Counted from the first letter of the stretch, positions 1-10,295 are shown. The stretch: DNA of 64,000 nt from Longimicrobiales bacterium (GCA_963664435.2 CAXXKM010000002.1:608001-672000); one strand, 5' to 3'. Numbers and translations: made by a program. The notes: a model not told the origin generated them from the sequence alone.

Positions 1-132
1 ACGAGGGTGAGACGCGGAAATCGAAACATCCGAAACATCCTTGTAATCATGCGCGTGCAATCATGCGCGCTCGCGTGGGGCGCAAAACGTAGCCATGGGC
101 GCGAAAGGGGAAAAGTGCGGGGCGGCGATCCC

Positions 133-1278
133 CTAACGTCCCGGTTCGATCTCGAATTCAGCCCCCGCCAGTTCCTCGAACCAGGCGTCCACCTGATCGG
201 GATCCTCGCTGAAGGCGAGCGACAGCAGCAGAAGCAATCTCGCCTTCTGCGGATAGAGGTTGTCGTTGCCGGTGCGGAAGCGATGGGTGCGCCTGAAGAC
301 CACCCCCATCTCCTCGGCCCTCTCCTGCACCTCCCCGGAGCCGCGTCCTCCCGCGAGCACGATGCCCCGGACTCCGGCTTCGGCCCACGCCGTGATGGCC
401 TCGTCCAGCCCCGCGCCCTGGTATCCGATGAGGACCTCGACCCGGGGAAGGTCGTCCTTCGAGATCCGGCTCAGATCGAAGGGGGTCCTCCACCGCCCGG
501 GGTCGGCACAATGCTGTACACGCGGGGGAGCCCGGTAGGTTCGCACGTCCAGTTCGTCGATGAAGCCCAGGTTGCCAAGCTCGCGTGACACGAAGGTGTC
601 CATCCGGTAGGCATCGCCCTTCCATGCCTCCTTGGCGGCGTGGAATTCGTCGTTGAGCATGAGCACGGTGCCGAAGCAGCGCGTCTCGCCGCTGGCCGCG
701 AGCACGATGGCGTTGAACAGGTTGGCGTGCGCGTCGGTGCCGATCACGGTCCAGGGCCGCATCGCCCCGGTGATGACCACCGGCTTCCGGCTCTGCACGG
801 TCAGGTCGAGCCAGTAGACGAACTCGTCCATGCTTCCCGTGCCTGAAGTCACGACCACCGCGTCGGCCGTCTCGAGCGCCTCCTCGACGGCCAGGGTGAG
901 GTCGTAGAAGTCGGCGATCGCGTAGCCGCCCGAGGGCCGGTTGCCGAACTGGACGGTGGTGACGTCCGCCACCTCGTCGATCTGGGGCCTGAGCTCCGAG
1001 AGCATCTCGTCGATGCCGAGGGAGCCGGCCCGATAGCTCTGGAAGCTGGTGCGGGTATCGGATACCCCCGCGATGGTTCCCCCCGTTGCCACGATGGTCA
1101 CCCGTGGCAGCGCCCCGGCATCTGCGGGGGAATCGGCGTCCCCGGACGCCTGGGCGGTGGCCTGCGGCGAGGGAGCCGGTGCCGGTGTCGCAACCATCTC
1201 CGGCGCTGCCGCCGCGCACGCCGTGTTCGCCGCGAGGACCGCGAGTCCCTGAAAACAGGTGACCGTAAACCGTCTCAT
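133..1278 (-). CDS. L-asparaginase/glutaminase family protein, probably exported
   Basis: ATGGTIAG motif, KPVVITGAMRP, LMLNDEFHAAKE; hydrophobic N-terminus; second motif deviates (SGTGS instead of HGTDT). Confidence 0.85.
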   Translation of the reverse strand: MRRFTVTCFQGLAVLAANTACAAAAPEMVATPAPAPSPQATAQASGDADSPADAGALPRVTIVATGGTIAGVSDTRTSFQSYRAGSLGIDEMLSELRPQIDEVADVTTVQFGNRPSGGYAIADFYDLTLAVEEALETADAVVVTSGTGSMDEFVYWLDLTVQSRKPVVITGAMRPWTVIGTDAHANLFNAIVLAASGETRCFGTVLMLNDEFHAAKEAWKGDAYRMDTFVSRELGNLGFIDELDVRTYRAPPRVQHCADPGRWRTPFDLSRISKDDLPRVEVLIGYQGAGLDEAITAWAEAGVRGIVLAGGRGSGEVQERAEEMGVVFRRTHRFRTGNDNLYPQKARLLLLLSLAFSEDPDQVDAWFEELAGAEFEIEPGR

Positions 1279-1475
1279 GGGCCTCTCTCCTTCGATTTCG
1301 GGTGCTCGCCGGGTCGGGTGCGGCGCGCCTGGAGCAGGGAGCGCCGAATCCCCATCAAGGATACTCGGTCCGCGGCGTTTTGCCGACCTGCGATGTCGCC
1401 CGGACCATGGGCCGGGACCATGAAGACGCTGCGGGCGGCCGCCCGCACAGCCTGCACGCGCACGTCACCCGCAGG

Positions 1476-1540
1476 TACGCCGGCTCACCCATACGCGGGC
1501 TCACCCATACGCCGGATCACTCAGTACGCCGGATCACTCA
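1476..1540. repeat. Four imperfect tandem copies of a ~16-bp unit (tacgccggmtcacyca)
   Basis: tacgccggctcaccca / tacgcgggctcaccca / tacgccggatcactcag / tacgccggatcactca; the last copy contains the permease stop codon. Confidence 0.85.
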
Positions 1541-2466
1541 CCCGACCGCGGGGGCCAGGGATGCGCGAGGGCCGCGGGCGCCCTGGATCGGCCGATCCAC
1601 CCCGCCAGGGCCGCGAGCGTGAGAAGGTAGGGGAAGGCCAGGAGGAGCTGGTAGGGAACGTTCGCAAACACCGCCTGGAGTTCGAACTGGAGCGCCGAGG
1701 CCGCGCCGAAGAAGAGTGAGGCGAGGAGAACGAGGAGGGGATTCCAGCGGCCCAGCACGACCACCGCGATGGCGATGAAGCCCCGTCCCGCCGACATCCC
1801 CTCCGCAAAGGTGCCGGCGTGCGCGAGCGCCAGATGGGCTCCCGCAATGCCCGCGAGGAGGCCCGCCCCGAGCACCGCCAGGAAGCGGATGCGGCGCACG
1901 CGGATGCCCGCCGCATCGGCCGCGCCGGGTTCTTCGCCCACGGCCCGCAGATCAAGTCCCCAGCGGGTGCGGAACAGGAAATACCAGAGGGCCGGCGCCA
2001 GGAGGCAGGCGAGGTAGGTGGTCCACGCCTGGCTGAAGAGCGCCGGTCCGATGACGGGCAGCGCCGACAGGCCCGGGAGCGGCAGAGCGGGCAGGGTGGG
2101 AAGGGTCAGCGCGGTGCCGGTGGCGCCGAACACGCTCTGGTAGACGACGCCCGTGATCCCCAGCCCTCCCAGGGTCACCGCCGTGCCGACGATGATCTGG
2201 TCGGCGTTCAGCGTGACGGCGAAGAGCGCGAAGATGGCGGCAATCGCGGTTCCGGCCGCTGCGCCCGCCAGAACGCCCGCGCCGGGGGACCCGGTGAACA
2301 GCGCCCCGAGCGCCCCGCCCAGGGCGCCCCCGATGATCGAACCCTCGAGGCCGATATTGATGACGCCGGCGCGCTCGCTGATGGTTTCGCCCAGGGCGGC
2401 GAGGGCGAGGGGCGCGGCCAGGCGCACCGACGCCTCGAGGAAGGCCTGGAGAGCCGCCGCATCCAC
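1534..2466 (-). CDS. ABC transporter permease (nucleoside/BMP type)
   Basis: ALGETISERAGVINIGLEG and GRGFIAIAVVVLGRWNP motifs; multiple TM segments. Confidence 0.92.
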   Translation of the reverse strand: MDAAALQAFLEASVRLAAPLALAALGETISERAGVINIGLEGSIIGGALGGALGALFTGSPGAGVLAGAAAGTAIAAIFALFAVTLNADQIIVGTAVTLGGLGITGVVYQSVFGATGTALTLPTLPALPLPGLSALPVIGPALFSQAWTTYLACLLAPALWYFLFRTRWGLDLRAVGEEPGAADAAGIRVRRIRFLAVLGAGLLAGIAGAHLALAHAGTFAEGMSAGRGFIAIAVVVLGRWNPLLVLLASLFFGAASALQFELQAVFANVPYQLLLAFPYLLTLAALAGWIGRSRAPAALAHPWPPRSGE

Positions 2467-2468
2467 GG

Positions 2469-3620
2469 TCAGCCTTCGGTGGCGGACAGAGGTTCACCCG
2501 ACCCGGAGGAGGATTCGCGCGCCTCACTGCCGGGAGAAGCCGCGGACCGGCCGGAGGGCCCCGCTCCCGACTCCATCCCCCGGCGCAGGAACCGGTCCGC
2601 CGCCACCACGGCCAGGATGACGAGCGCCTCGATCGCGCTGACCCACACCGCGGGCACCCCCACGTCGCGCTGCATGGCCGCCGCGCCCGCCTGCAGGACC
2701 CCGAAGAACCCGGCCGCCAGGAGCACGGCGATGGGGTTCAGACCGGCGAGGAGGGCGACCGCGATGGCCGTGTAGCCGTAGCCGGGGGAGAGGTTCTCGT
2801 AGAGCGCGAAGGTCACCCCCGCCACCTCCACCCCGCCCGCCAGCCCGGCGAGCATGCCGGAGAACAGGAACGCCCCCAGCACCACCCTTCCCGTGTGGAT
2901 GCGGCCGGACACGGCGGCCGCGCGGACCGAGGCGCCCACCGCCCGCACGCGGAACCCCCAGGCGCTGTGCCTCAGCAGCCACCAGAGCGCCCCGGCGAGC
3001 ACGACCGCGACCGGGAAGCCCGCGTGCAGCCGGCCGGATCCGAGGCGCGGGAGCCGGGCCGCGAGCGCGATGGGGTCGGTCTGCGGGAAGACTCCGCGCG
3101 CCTCCTGCAGGGGACCGTGCACCAGCCACGCTACGGTGTGGATGGCGACGAAGTTCATCAGGATGGTCGTGATGACCTCCCCGACCCCGGCGCGGAACCT
3201 GAGTCCCACCGGCACGAGCGTCCAGAGGCCGCCGGCCACCGCCGCCGCCGCCATCGCCCCGGGCAGGAGCAGCCAGAAGGGAGCGGCCGGAAAGGCGAGC
3301 CCGACCCACACGGCCGCCACCGCGCCCGCGTAGAGTTGTCCTTCCGCTCCGATGTTCCACACGCCCGCGCGGAAGGCGAGGGCGACGGCCAGCCCGGTCA
3401 GGATGAGCGGGGTCGCGCGCACCAGGGTGATGGAGGCGAACCGCTCCCAGGAGCCGAAGGCGCCCGAGACCAGCGCGCGGCCGGCGGCGACCGGGTCGTA
3501 TCCGGCGAGCGCCAGCCCCGCCGCCGCCAGAACCGCCGCGGCCAGGATCGCCGTCATGCCGGCCGCCAGCGGGCCGGTCCGGCGTGACCGCAGGCGCGAC
3601 CGCAACGCCTGGCTGATCAT
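2469..3620 (-). CDS. ABC transporter permease (nucleoside/BMP type)
   Basis: AFRAGVWNIGAEGQ, EVITTILMNFVA, GYGYTAIAVALL motifs. Confidence 0.92.
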   Translation of the reverse strand: MISQALRSRLRSRRTGPLAAGMTAILAAAVLAAAGLALAGYDPVAAGRALVSGAFGSWERFASITLVRATPLILTGLAVALAFRAGVWNIGAEGQLYAGAVAAVWVGLAFPAAPFWLLLPGAMAAAAVAGGLWTLVPVGLRFRAGVGEVITTILMNFVAIHTVAWLVHGPLQEARGVFPQTDPIALAARLPRLGSGRLHAGFPVAVVLAGALWWLLRHSAWGFRVRAVGASVRAAAVSGRIHTGRVVLGAFLFSGMLAGLAGGVEVAGVTFALYENLSPGYGYTAIAVALLAGLNPIAVLLAAGFFGVLQAGAAAMQRDVGVPAVWVSAIEALVILAVVAADRFLRRGMESGAGPSGRSAASPGSEARESSSGSGEPLSATEG

Positions 3621-3648
3621 GGGGGGCGCGCCAACCGGACGGGGCCGG

Positions 3649-5166
3649 TCACGCCCGCTCCGATCCCAGCATCAGCCGGCCCATCCCCACCGGGTTGCGC
3701 TCTTCTTCCGGAACGGCGATCAGCCGGCCGCGCACCAGCACGAACATCCGGTCGCCCAGGTCGAGCACCTCGTCCAGATCGGTGGAGAAGAGCACGATGC
3801 CCGGAGGTGCATTCGTGGACCGGCCGCCTGCGCCGGCGCCCTCCTCGCCCGGACCGCCTCCCTTCAGCTCCACGAGCTTGTCGCGCAGGAACGCGGCGGC
3901 CGCGATATCCAGCCCGCGCATCGGGTTCTCCGCCACCAGCAGGTCGGGGGAGCGCGCCAGTTCGCGGCCCACCAGCAGCTTCTGCTGATTGCCGCCCGAC
4001 AGCGACCGCGCCGTGGCGCGCCAGCCCGGTGTACGCACGTCGAACCGGGCCACGATCTGCCGCGCGGTGCGCCGCATCGCCCGCCAGGCGATCAGCGGCC
4101 CCCGGCGGTGCGCTCTGTCGTCGTGGAAGGCCAGCGCCGTGTTCTCCGCGAGATCGAAGCCGGGGACCAGCCCGCCCGCGCTCCGGTCCTGCGGGATGAG
4201 GCTGACGGTCGCCGGGAGGTGCACGCTGCCGGCCGCGGGAGGCAGCCTGCCCGAAAGCACGAGGGCGAGTTCGCGCTGGCCGTTGCCCTCCACTCCGCCG
4301 ATGCCCACGATCTCGCCACGGTGGATGTCCAGCGTGACGTCCCGCGCCGCCATGCGGCCATCATCACCGCGGATCCCCACCGCCTCGACGCGCGCTACCC
4401 GCTCTCCTGCTTCGACCCGGGCCGCCCGGGCCGCCCGGGTGGTCTCCCGCCCGATCATGGCCCGCGCCAGCCCGGGCGCGTCGACCGTCTCACGCCCCTG
4501 CGCGAGGACGGTGCGCCCGCGCCGGAGCACCGTGACCCGGTCGGCCACCCTCAGGATCTCATCCAGCTTGTGCCCGATCAGCAGAACCGTCCGCCCCTCG
4601 GCAACCAGCGAGCGCAGGACGCCGAACAGCCAGTCCACCTCCTGCGGTCCCAGCACCGTGGTGGGTTCGTCCAGAACCAGGACGCGCGGGTCGCGGTAGA
4701 GCGCCTTCAGGATCTCCACCCGCTGTTTCGCGCCCACCGACAGACCGGCAACCGGGGCGCCGGCATCCACCGGCAGCCCCGTCACCCGCTCCAGCTCCGC
4801 GAGGCGCGCGTGCACCCTGTCGAGCGCGAGCCGGAGCCCGCTGCCCTCCCGCGTCCCCAGCGCCACGTTCTCGGCCACCGTCAGGCTGGGCACCAGCGCG
4901 AAATGCTGGTGGACCATCCCGATCCCGGCCGCGGCCGCCGCGCGCGTCCCCCCGGGCGGCAACCGCCGATTCTCCACCAGTACTTCGCCCCCGTCGGGAG
5001 CGAGCGCGCCGCAGAGCACCCGCATGAGCGTGGTCTTGCCGGCGCCGTTCTCTCCCAGGAGCGCGTGAACCTCGCCGGGATACGCGCGCAGACTCGCGTC
5101 GGCGAGAGCCTCGATGGGTCCGAAGCGCTTGCTCACCGACCGCATCTCGACGGCCGCGCGGGCCAT
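3649..5166 (-). CDS. ABC transporter ATP-binding protein, two ATPase domains
   Basis: GENGAGKTT Walker A, LDEPT, LSGGNQQK; start placed at MARAAVEM. Confidence 0.93.
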   Translation of the reverse strand: MARAAVEMRSVSKRFGPIEALADASLRAYPGEVHALLGENGAGKTTLMRVLCGALAPDGGEVLVENRRLPPGGTRAAAAAGIGMVHQHFALVPSLTVAENVALGTREGSGLRLALDRVHARLAELERVTGLPVDAGAPVAGLSVGAKQRVEILKALYRDPRVLVLDEPTTVLGPQEVDWLFGVLRSLVAEGRTVLLIGHKLDEILRVADRVTVLRRGRTVLAQGRETVDAPGLARAMIGRETTRAARAARVEAGERVARVEAVGIRGDDGRMAARDVTLDIHRGEIVGIGGVEGNGQRELALVLSGRLPPAAGSVHLPATVSLIPQDRSAGGLVPGFDLAENTALAFHDDRAHRRGPLIAWRAMRRTARQIVARFDVRTPGWRATARSLSGGNQQKLLVGRELARSPDLLVAENPMRGLDIAAAAFLRDKLVELKGGGPGEEGAGAGGRSTNAPPGIVLFSTDLDEVLDLGDRMFVLVRGRLIAVPEEERNPVGMGRLMLGSERA

Positions 5167-5171
5167 GGGCT

Positions 5172-6215
5172 TCAAGGGCTGCCCGATTCCTCCTCCAGGA
5201 ACCGGATCCGCGGCACCTCCAGGGTGCCCTGCCGGATGGCCGCCCGGGCTTCGCCGATGCGGCTGAGCAGCTCCGCCGGGATCCGGTCGAGCGCGGCCGG
5301 GTTGACGATGAAGTCCACCACGTTCTCGTCGAGGCTCAGGTCGAAAGCTCCGGGAGGCAGGGTGCCGGCGACGAAGCGGGTCGCCACTTCCATGAAGGCC
5401 CGCGGGATGTCGATGGCGGCGCTTCCCGCGATGACATCGGGGGCGACGTCGTTCTGATCCCGGTTCATGCCGATGGCCCACACCGGGTCCTGGTCCCCGT
5501 GCGCCTCCCGCACCGCCTGAAACACGCCGAAGCTGGCGGCGTCGGTGTTGTGCACCAGCACGTCGGCGCCCCGGCTCAACTGGGCCGTGGCGGCCTCCCG
5601 GGCGGCAGCCACGTCGTCCCAGCTGCCGATGAAGGCCTCCAGCACCTCGATTTGCGGGTCGATGACGCGCGCCCCCGCCTCGAAGGCTCGGAAGGTGCCC
5701 TGGGCGGGCGGAATGGCCACGCCGCCGACCATCCCGACCACCTTCGACCGGGTGAGCCCCCCGGCCATCATCCCGGCGAGATAGCTGCCCTCCTCCAGAC
5801 GGAAGATCAGCGAGCGCACGTTGTCCGAAATGCGTCCGCCGCTCGAGACGACGATGGTCATGTCGGGGAACTCCTCACCGGCCCTCAGCGCCGCGTCCTG
5901 ATACTCGAAGCCGTGGGCGAAGACCAGGTCGTAGCCGGAGGAGCCGTAGGAGAAGAAGGCCTCGTCGAACTCGGCGGGAGACCGGGTCTGCTGATGGCTG
6001 ATCCGCGCCCCGAGCGACTCCTCGATCAGCAGCAGTCCTTCGTACGCCCCCGCGTACCACCCGGCATCGCTCACCGGCCCGGAGGTCAGCAGCGCGACGC
6101 GCAGGCCATCGCCCGCCGTGCCGCTCTCTCCTCCGCCGCACGCAACCGACAGCCCGCCCAGAACCCACGCCGCGGCGAGGGCGCCGGCCGAACTCCGAAC
6201 AGTAGGAACGCCCAT
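5172..6215 (-). CDS. BMP family ABC substrate-binding lipoprotein
   Basis: Lipobox LSVAC; GPVSDAGW, EGSYLAGMMAG, GADVL motifs; first gene of the ABC operon. Confidence 0.9.
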   Translation of the reverse strand: MGVPTVRSSAGALAAAWVLGGLSVACGGGESGTAGDGLRVALLTSGPVSDAGWYAGAYEGLLLIEESLGARISHQQTRSPAEFDEAFFSYGSSGYDLVFAHGFEYQDAALRAGEEFPDMTIVVSSGGRISDNVRSLIFRLEEGSYLAGMMAGGLTRSKVVGMVGGVAIPPAQGTFRAFEAGARVIDPQIEVLEAFIGSWDDVAAAREAATAQLSRGADVLVHNTDAASFGVFQAVREAHGDQDPVWAIGMNRDQNDVAPDVIAGSAAIDIPRAFMEVATRFVAGTLPPGAFDLSLDENVVDFIVNPAALDRIPAELLSRIGEARAAIRQGTLEVPRIRFLEEESGSP

Positions 6216-6400
6216 GAGTATCTCCCTGTTGCAGACGCCGCGATCCTCCGGCCGGAGCGGAGGCGTCCCCGCCTGATGCGGCCGATCGCGATCGGAACTG
6301 GCGCACCGCCTCGCACCGCGCGCAATATAGAGCCGTCCCGTGGTAACTTCGACCTGATCATCGTCCCGCAACCCGGGACCAACAGCCCCGAGCAGACGCC

Positions 6401-7786
6401 ATGTCACAAAAGCGAGACCACTGGAATTCGAATCTGGGATTCGTCCTGGCGGCCACCGGAAGCGCCATCGGACTGGGCAACCTGTGGAAGTTCCCCTTCA
6501 TCACCTGGGAGAACAACGGCGGAGCCTTCGTGCTCGTGTACCTTGTCTGCATCGCCGCAGTCGGGCTGCCCATCATGATGGCGGAGCTGCTCATCGGGCG
6601 CAGGAGCCAGAAGAGCGCGGTCGGGGCGCTCAAGGCGGTCGCCGGGCCCGCGTGGGGCGTCGTCGGGGGCTGGGGCGTCATCTGCGCCTTCATCCTGCTC
6701 AGCTACTACACCGTAATCGCCGGCTGGTCGATCTACTACTTCGCCAGGACGATGGAGTGGACCTTCAGCGGCTTTCCGAGCGGACTGGCCACCGGGGATC
6801 TGTTCAATGAACAGGTGGGCAACGCCGGTCTGCAGCTGGCCCTCTCGCTCAGCTTCAGCGTGGGAACCGTGGCCGTGGTCTATTTCGGGGTCAGCAAGGG
6901 GATCGAGCGCATCGCGCGCCTCTTCCTTCCGATCCTGTTCGGGATCCTGCTCCTGCTGCTGGTCAGCGCCCTGGGGATGAGCGGGTCGGGCGAAGCGCTG
7001 CGCTTCATCTTCCGGCCCAACTTCGCCGAGCTCGAGCCCGACGCGGTGCTGGAGGCGCTGGGCCACTCCTTCTTCACGCTCTCGCTCGGCATGTGCGCGA
7101 TGATCACGTACGGCTCCTACATCGCGCGCCATCACTCCATCGTGAAGGCGTCGGCGATGATCGTCGTGCTCGATACCGTGATCGCCCTGGTCGCCACGAT
7201 CATCATGTTCTCGGTGATCTTCTCGGTGGCGGGGATGAGCGAGCAGGTGGGCGGCTCGACGGTGGGCATGCTCTTCATCTCGCTGCCGGAGCTCTTCTAT
7301 TCGGAGGTGCCCTTCGGCGTGGTGCTGGGGCCGCTCTTCTACGTGCTGGTGGCGCTGGCGGCCCTCACCTCGACCATCTCGCTTCTGGAAGTGGTGGTGA
7401 GCTACGTGATCGACGAACGTGGCATCGCCCGCAACCGCGCCACCTTCCTGTGCGGCGGGGCCATCTTCGTGTTCACCATCTTCGCCGCGCTTTCCTTCAC
7501 GGGCACCCCCTTCCTCGCCACCCTCGAGCTGTTCGCCGGGAAGGTGGGCTGGTTCTCCACCGCCGACCACTTCGTTTCCAACTGGATGCTTCCCACCGGC
7601 GGCCTGGCCATCACGCTGGCGGCCGGGTGGTTCATCAGCCGCAAGGTGAGCGAGAGCGAACTCATGGACGGCAACCAGCCCAAGTGGTTCAACTACGACA
7701 CCTGGCGCTTCTTCATCCGCTTCGTGGCGCCCATCGCCGTGGCCTCGATCATCATCGCCGTGCTCTTCGGCGTCGACTTCAGTTGA
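6401..7786 (+). CDS. Sodium-dependent transporter, NSS/SNF (LeuT-like) family
   Basis: GSAIGLGNLWKFP, GGAFVLVY, FFTLSLG signatures. Confidence 0.95.
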   Translation: MSQKRDHWNSNLGFVLAATGSAIGLGNLWKFPFITWENNGGAFVLVYLVCIAAVGLPIMMAELLIGRRSQKSAVGALKAVAGPAWGVVGGWGVICAFILLSYYTVIAGWSIYYFARTMEWTFSGFPSGLATGDLFNEQVGNAGLQLALSLSFSVGTVAVVYFGVSKGIERIARLFLPILFGILLLLLVSALGMSGSGEALRFIFRPNFAELEPDAVLEALGHSFFTLSLGMCAMITYGSYIARHHSIVKASAMIVVLDTVIALVATIIMFSVIFSVAGMSEQVGGSTVGMLFISLPELFYSEVPFGVVLGPLFYVLVALAALTSTISLLEVVVSYVIDERGIARNRATFLCGGAIFVFTIFAALSFTGTPFLATLELFAGKVGWFSTADHFVSNWMLPTGGLAITLAAGWFISRKVSESELMDGNQPKWFNYDTWRFFIRFVAPIAVASIIIAVLFGVDFS

Positions 7787-7793
7787 GGCGCGG

Positions 7794-9956
7794 ATGGCCG
7801 GGGATCTCCTCACCCGTCCGACGCCCAGGCGACCCGCCACGCTCGATGTGCGCGGGCGGGTTCTGTACCTGGCCGACGACACCGCGCTGGTGCGCGCCCA
7901 ACTCTACGAAGGGCTGGACCTTGAGCTGAGCGACGAGCTGCGCGCACGGCTGCGCGACCAGATCTCGACCGACGAGATCACGCCCGCCTACATCTGCTTC
8001 TTCTACGACGAGACTCTGGGCGAATTCCCCTACCTGGGGCTGCGCACCACGAACGCGGAGACCGGGGCGGAGGAGTATCCCATCGGGCGGGCGAGCGTGC
8101 GCAGGGGCGGCTTTACGTGCTCGGTCGCGGGCAAACGCCGGGGCAAGGGCTCAAGCAGGGAACAGAGCCCGTACGCGGAGCTGATGGCCGGAATCAGGGT
8201 GGTGGTCAGCGAAAGCATCGAGCGCATCTACAACGAGAACTGCCAGAACCTGGGCGTGCTGACCACCACCGACTTCGGTGTGGCCGAGCGCATCGCGCGC
8301 GGCGAGCCGTTGCGGCTCGAGGAGTTCACCCGCGGCAAGGACGAAATCACCCGCCAGATCATCGAGTACGGGGGCCTCTTCGAGTTCAACGTGGCCCGCA
8401 TGCAGGGCAAGGCGACGGTGCCGGCGCCCGCGTGTGCCGCCGCAGCGGCTCGCGACGGCGTTGACGCGCCGCCCGGGACGACATCGGACACCTCGCACGA
8501 CCGCCGTGCTGCGGAGGCCGGCGGCCCTCCGATGACCCTCGCGGAGAAGATCTTCGCGCGTCACTGGGTGGTGGATCCTGCGGGCGGGAAGGTGGGCGTC
8601 GGCTCGGTCACCCCCGGCGAGGCCGGCTTCTTCCGCACCGACATCCGCTTCTCGCACGAGTACGTGACGCCCATGGCGGCCATCTTCTTCGAACAGAAGA
8701 TGGGACCGGAGGGACGTGTGCTGGACCCGGACAGCGTGCTCTTCTTCCGCGACCATCTGACCTTCCTGCACAAGGCGATGAGCCAGGAGCGCATCGAGGA
8801 GGGACTGCTCGAAGTCGCCAACCAGCTCGAGGTGAAGCAGCGCGAGTTCGCGGAGAAGCAGGGCATCCGGCTCTACGGGGAGCAGATGGGGCATCGCATG
8901 GGGTCCGTCGCCATCTGCCACTCCAAGATCCTGGAGGACTACGCGGAGCCGGGGATGCTCATCATCGGCTCGGACTCGCACACGCCGCACGCGGGCGCGA
9001 TCGGGGCGCTGGCGTTCGGAGTGGGCACGACCGCCATCTTCAACTCCTGGATCACCAGGGACGTGCGCGTGCAGGTCCCGCCCTCCTTCAAGGTCGCGAT
9101 CTCGGGAACGCCCGCCGATGGAGTGACGGCCAAGGACTACATGCTCGAGATCCTGCGCCACCCCTACATCGGCGACGGCCACGCGATCGGCCAGATCATC
9201 GAGTACGCCGGACCGGCCGTGGAGGCTCTCCCGGTGGACGAGCGCGCGACCATGACCAACATGGCCGCGGAGGTGGGCGCCTTCACCGGGCTGGTCGCGG
9301 CGGACGAGAAATCCGTGGAGTACCTGGTCGCCGAGCGCGGGATGGAGCGGGCGCGGGCGGAGGCGCTGGCGCGCGACATGCACAGCGACCCCGGCGCCCA
9401 CTACGTGCGCGTGATCGAGATCGACGCCTCCGCCATCCAGCCCATGGCGGCGCTCCCCAACGACCCCGGCAACGGCGTGCCGCTCGACGACCTCGAGCCC
9501 GAGCACATCCGCATCGACATCGCCTATGCGGGCTCGTGCACGGCGGGCAAGAAGGAGGACATGGACATGTACGCCCGCGTCTTCCGCGAGATGCGCGACC
9601 GCTGGGGGCTGGGCGTGCACCCGGACGTGGAGTGCTTCATCCAGTGCGGGTCCACCGACGTGCGCGAGTACTGCCGTGAGCGCGGCTACCTGGACCTGTT
9701 CCGCCGGATCGGCGCCACCTTCATCGAACCGGGATGCGGCGCCTGCATCAACGCCGGACCCGGGGTCACCCGGCGCCCCGACGAGGTGAGCATCTCCTCC
9801 CAGAACCGGAACTTCCCCGGACGCTCCGGACCGGGTCAGCTGTACCTGGCTTCGCCGTTTTCGGTCGCGGCCAGCGCGGTGGCGGGCTACGTGACGGCGT
9901 GGAAGCCGGGGGAGCGGCCGCGGCCGCTGGAGACGAGGCGGCGGCTGGCGGGTTGA
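7794..9956 (+). CDS. Aconitase/isopropylmalate-isomerase family protein with N-terminal swivel domain fused to the Fe-S domain
   Basis: N-terminal ISTDEITP and GKGSSRE; C-terminal DSHT, GSCT, PGCGAC, NRNFPGRSG. Confidence 0.88.
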   Translation: MAGDLLTRPTPRRPATLDVRGRVLYLADDTALVRAQLYEGLDLELSDELRARLRDQISTDEITPAYICFFYDETLGEFPYLGLRTTNAETGAEEYPIGRASVRRGGFTCSVAGKRRGKGSSREQSPYAELMAGIRVVVSESIERIYNENCQNLGVLTTTDFGVAERIARGEPLRLEEFTRGKDEITRQIIEYGGLFEFNVARMQGKATVPAPACAAAAARDGVDAPPGTTSDTSHDRRAAEAGGPPMTLAEKIFARHWVVDPAGGKVGVGSVTPGEAGFFRTDIRFSHEYVTPMAAIFFEQKMGPEGRVLDPDSVLFFRDHLTFLHKAMSQERIEEGLLEVANQLEVKQREFAEKQGIRLYGEQMGHRMGSVAICHSKILEDYAEPGMLIIGSDSHTPHAGAIGALAFGVGTTAIFNSWITRDVRVQVPPSFKVAISGTPADGVTAKDYMLEILRHPYIGDGHAIGQIIEYAGPAVEALPVDERATMTNMAAEVGAFTGLVAADEKSVEYLVAERGMERARAEALARDMHSDPGAHYVRVIEIDASAIQPMAALPNDPGNGVPLDDLEPEHIRIDIAYAGSCTAGKKEDMDMYARVFREMRDRWGLGVHPDVECFIQCGSTDVREYCRERGYLDLFRRIGATFIEPGCGACINAGPGVTRRPDEVSISSQNRNFPGRSGPGQLYLASPFSVAASAVAGYVTAWKPGERPRPLETRRRLAG

Positions 9957-10033
9957 GCCCGCGGCGTGGGCAACGGACGGGAGCACGACTGACGGGGCGA
10001 TCCCCGGACGCGCATGGGAGGAAAACCGGGGAG

Positions 10034-10106
10034 TGGCCGCTGCTGGACTCGAACCAGCGACCCCTACGATGTGAGCGTAGTGCTCTGCCAACTGAGCTAA
10101 GCGGCC
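10034..10106 (-). tRNA. tRNA-Val(CAC), CCA not encoded
   Basis: Reverse complement folds as a cloverleaf: GGCCGCT/AGCGGCC acceptor stem, CTACG-CTCACAT-CGTAG anticodon arm, GGTTCGAGTCC T arm. Confidence 0.96.
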
Positions 10107-10153
10107 GAACGAAACTCGGGCCGCACCCGAAAGCGACGGCCCGCGTTCCGCTA

Positions 10154-10226
10154 TACCCCCACGGGGAGTCGAACCCCGGTCTCTTGGCTGAGAACCAAGT
10201 ATCCTAGGCCACTAGACGATGGGGGC
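10154..10226 (-). tRNA. tRNA-Glu(CTC), CCA not encoded
   Basis: GCCCCCATCGTCTAGTGGCCTAGGA...CTTGG-TTCTCAG-CCAAG...GGTTCGACTCC cloverleaf. Confidence 0.96.
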
Positions 10227-10247
10227 GTCTACAAGCAAAGGGCCGGT

Positions 10248-10277
10248 AAGATACCGATTCCCCCCGCGTTGAATCAA
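10248..10277 (-). promoter_or_regulatory. Putative sigma-70 promoter of the tRNA-Glu/tRNA-Val pair
   Basis: TTGATT-N18-TATCTT on the minus strand, about 20 nt upstream of tRNA-Glu. Confidence 0.6.
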
Positions 10278-10295
10278 CCCCCCTCCGGTTACGCG

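Noticed and set aside
1275..1463. 62-aa ORF overlapping the asparaginase start
   Set aside because: No recognisable motif or RBS; more likely intergenic sequence.
3352..5457. Long antisense or alternative-frame ORFs (also 8151-10091, 29704-31800, 32258-35053, 53712-55346 and similar)
   Set aside because: Shadow ORFs expected at high GC; they have no motifs and lie opposite well-supported genes.
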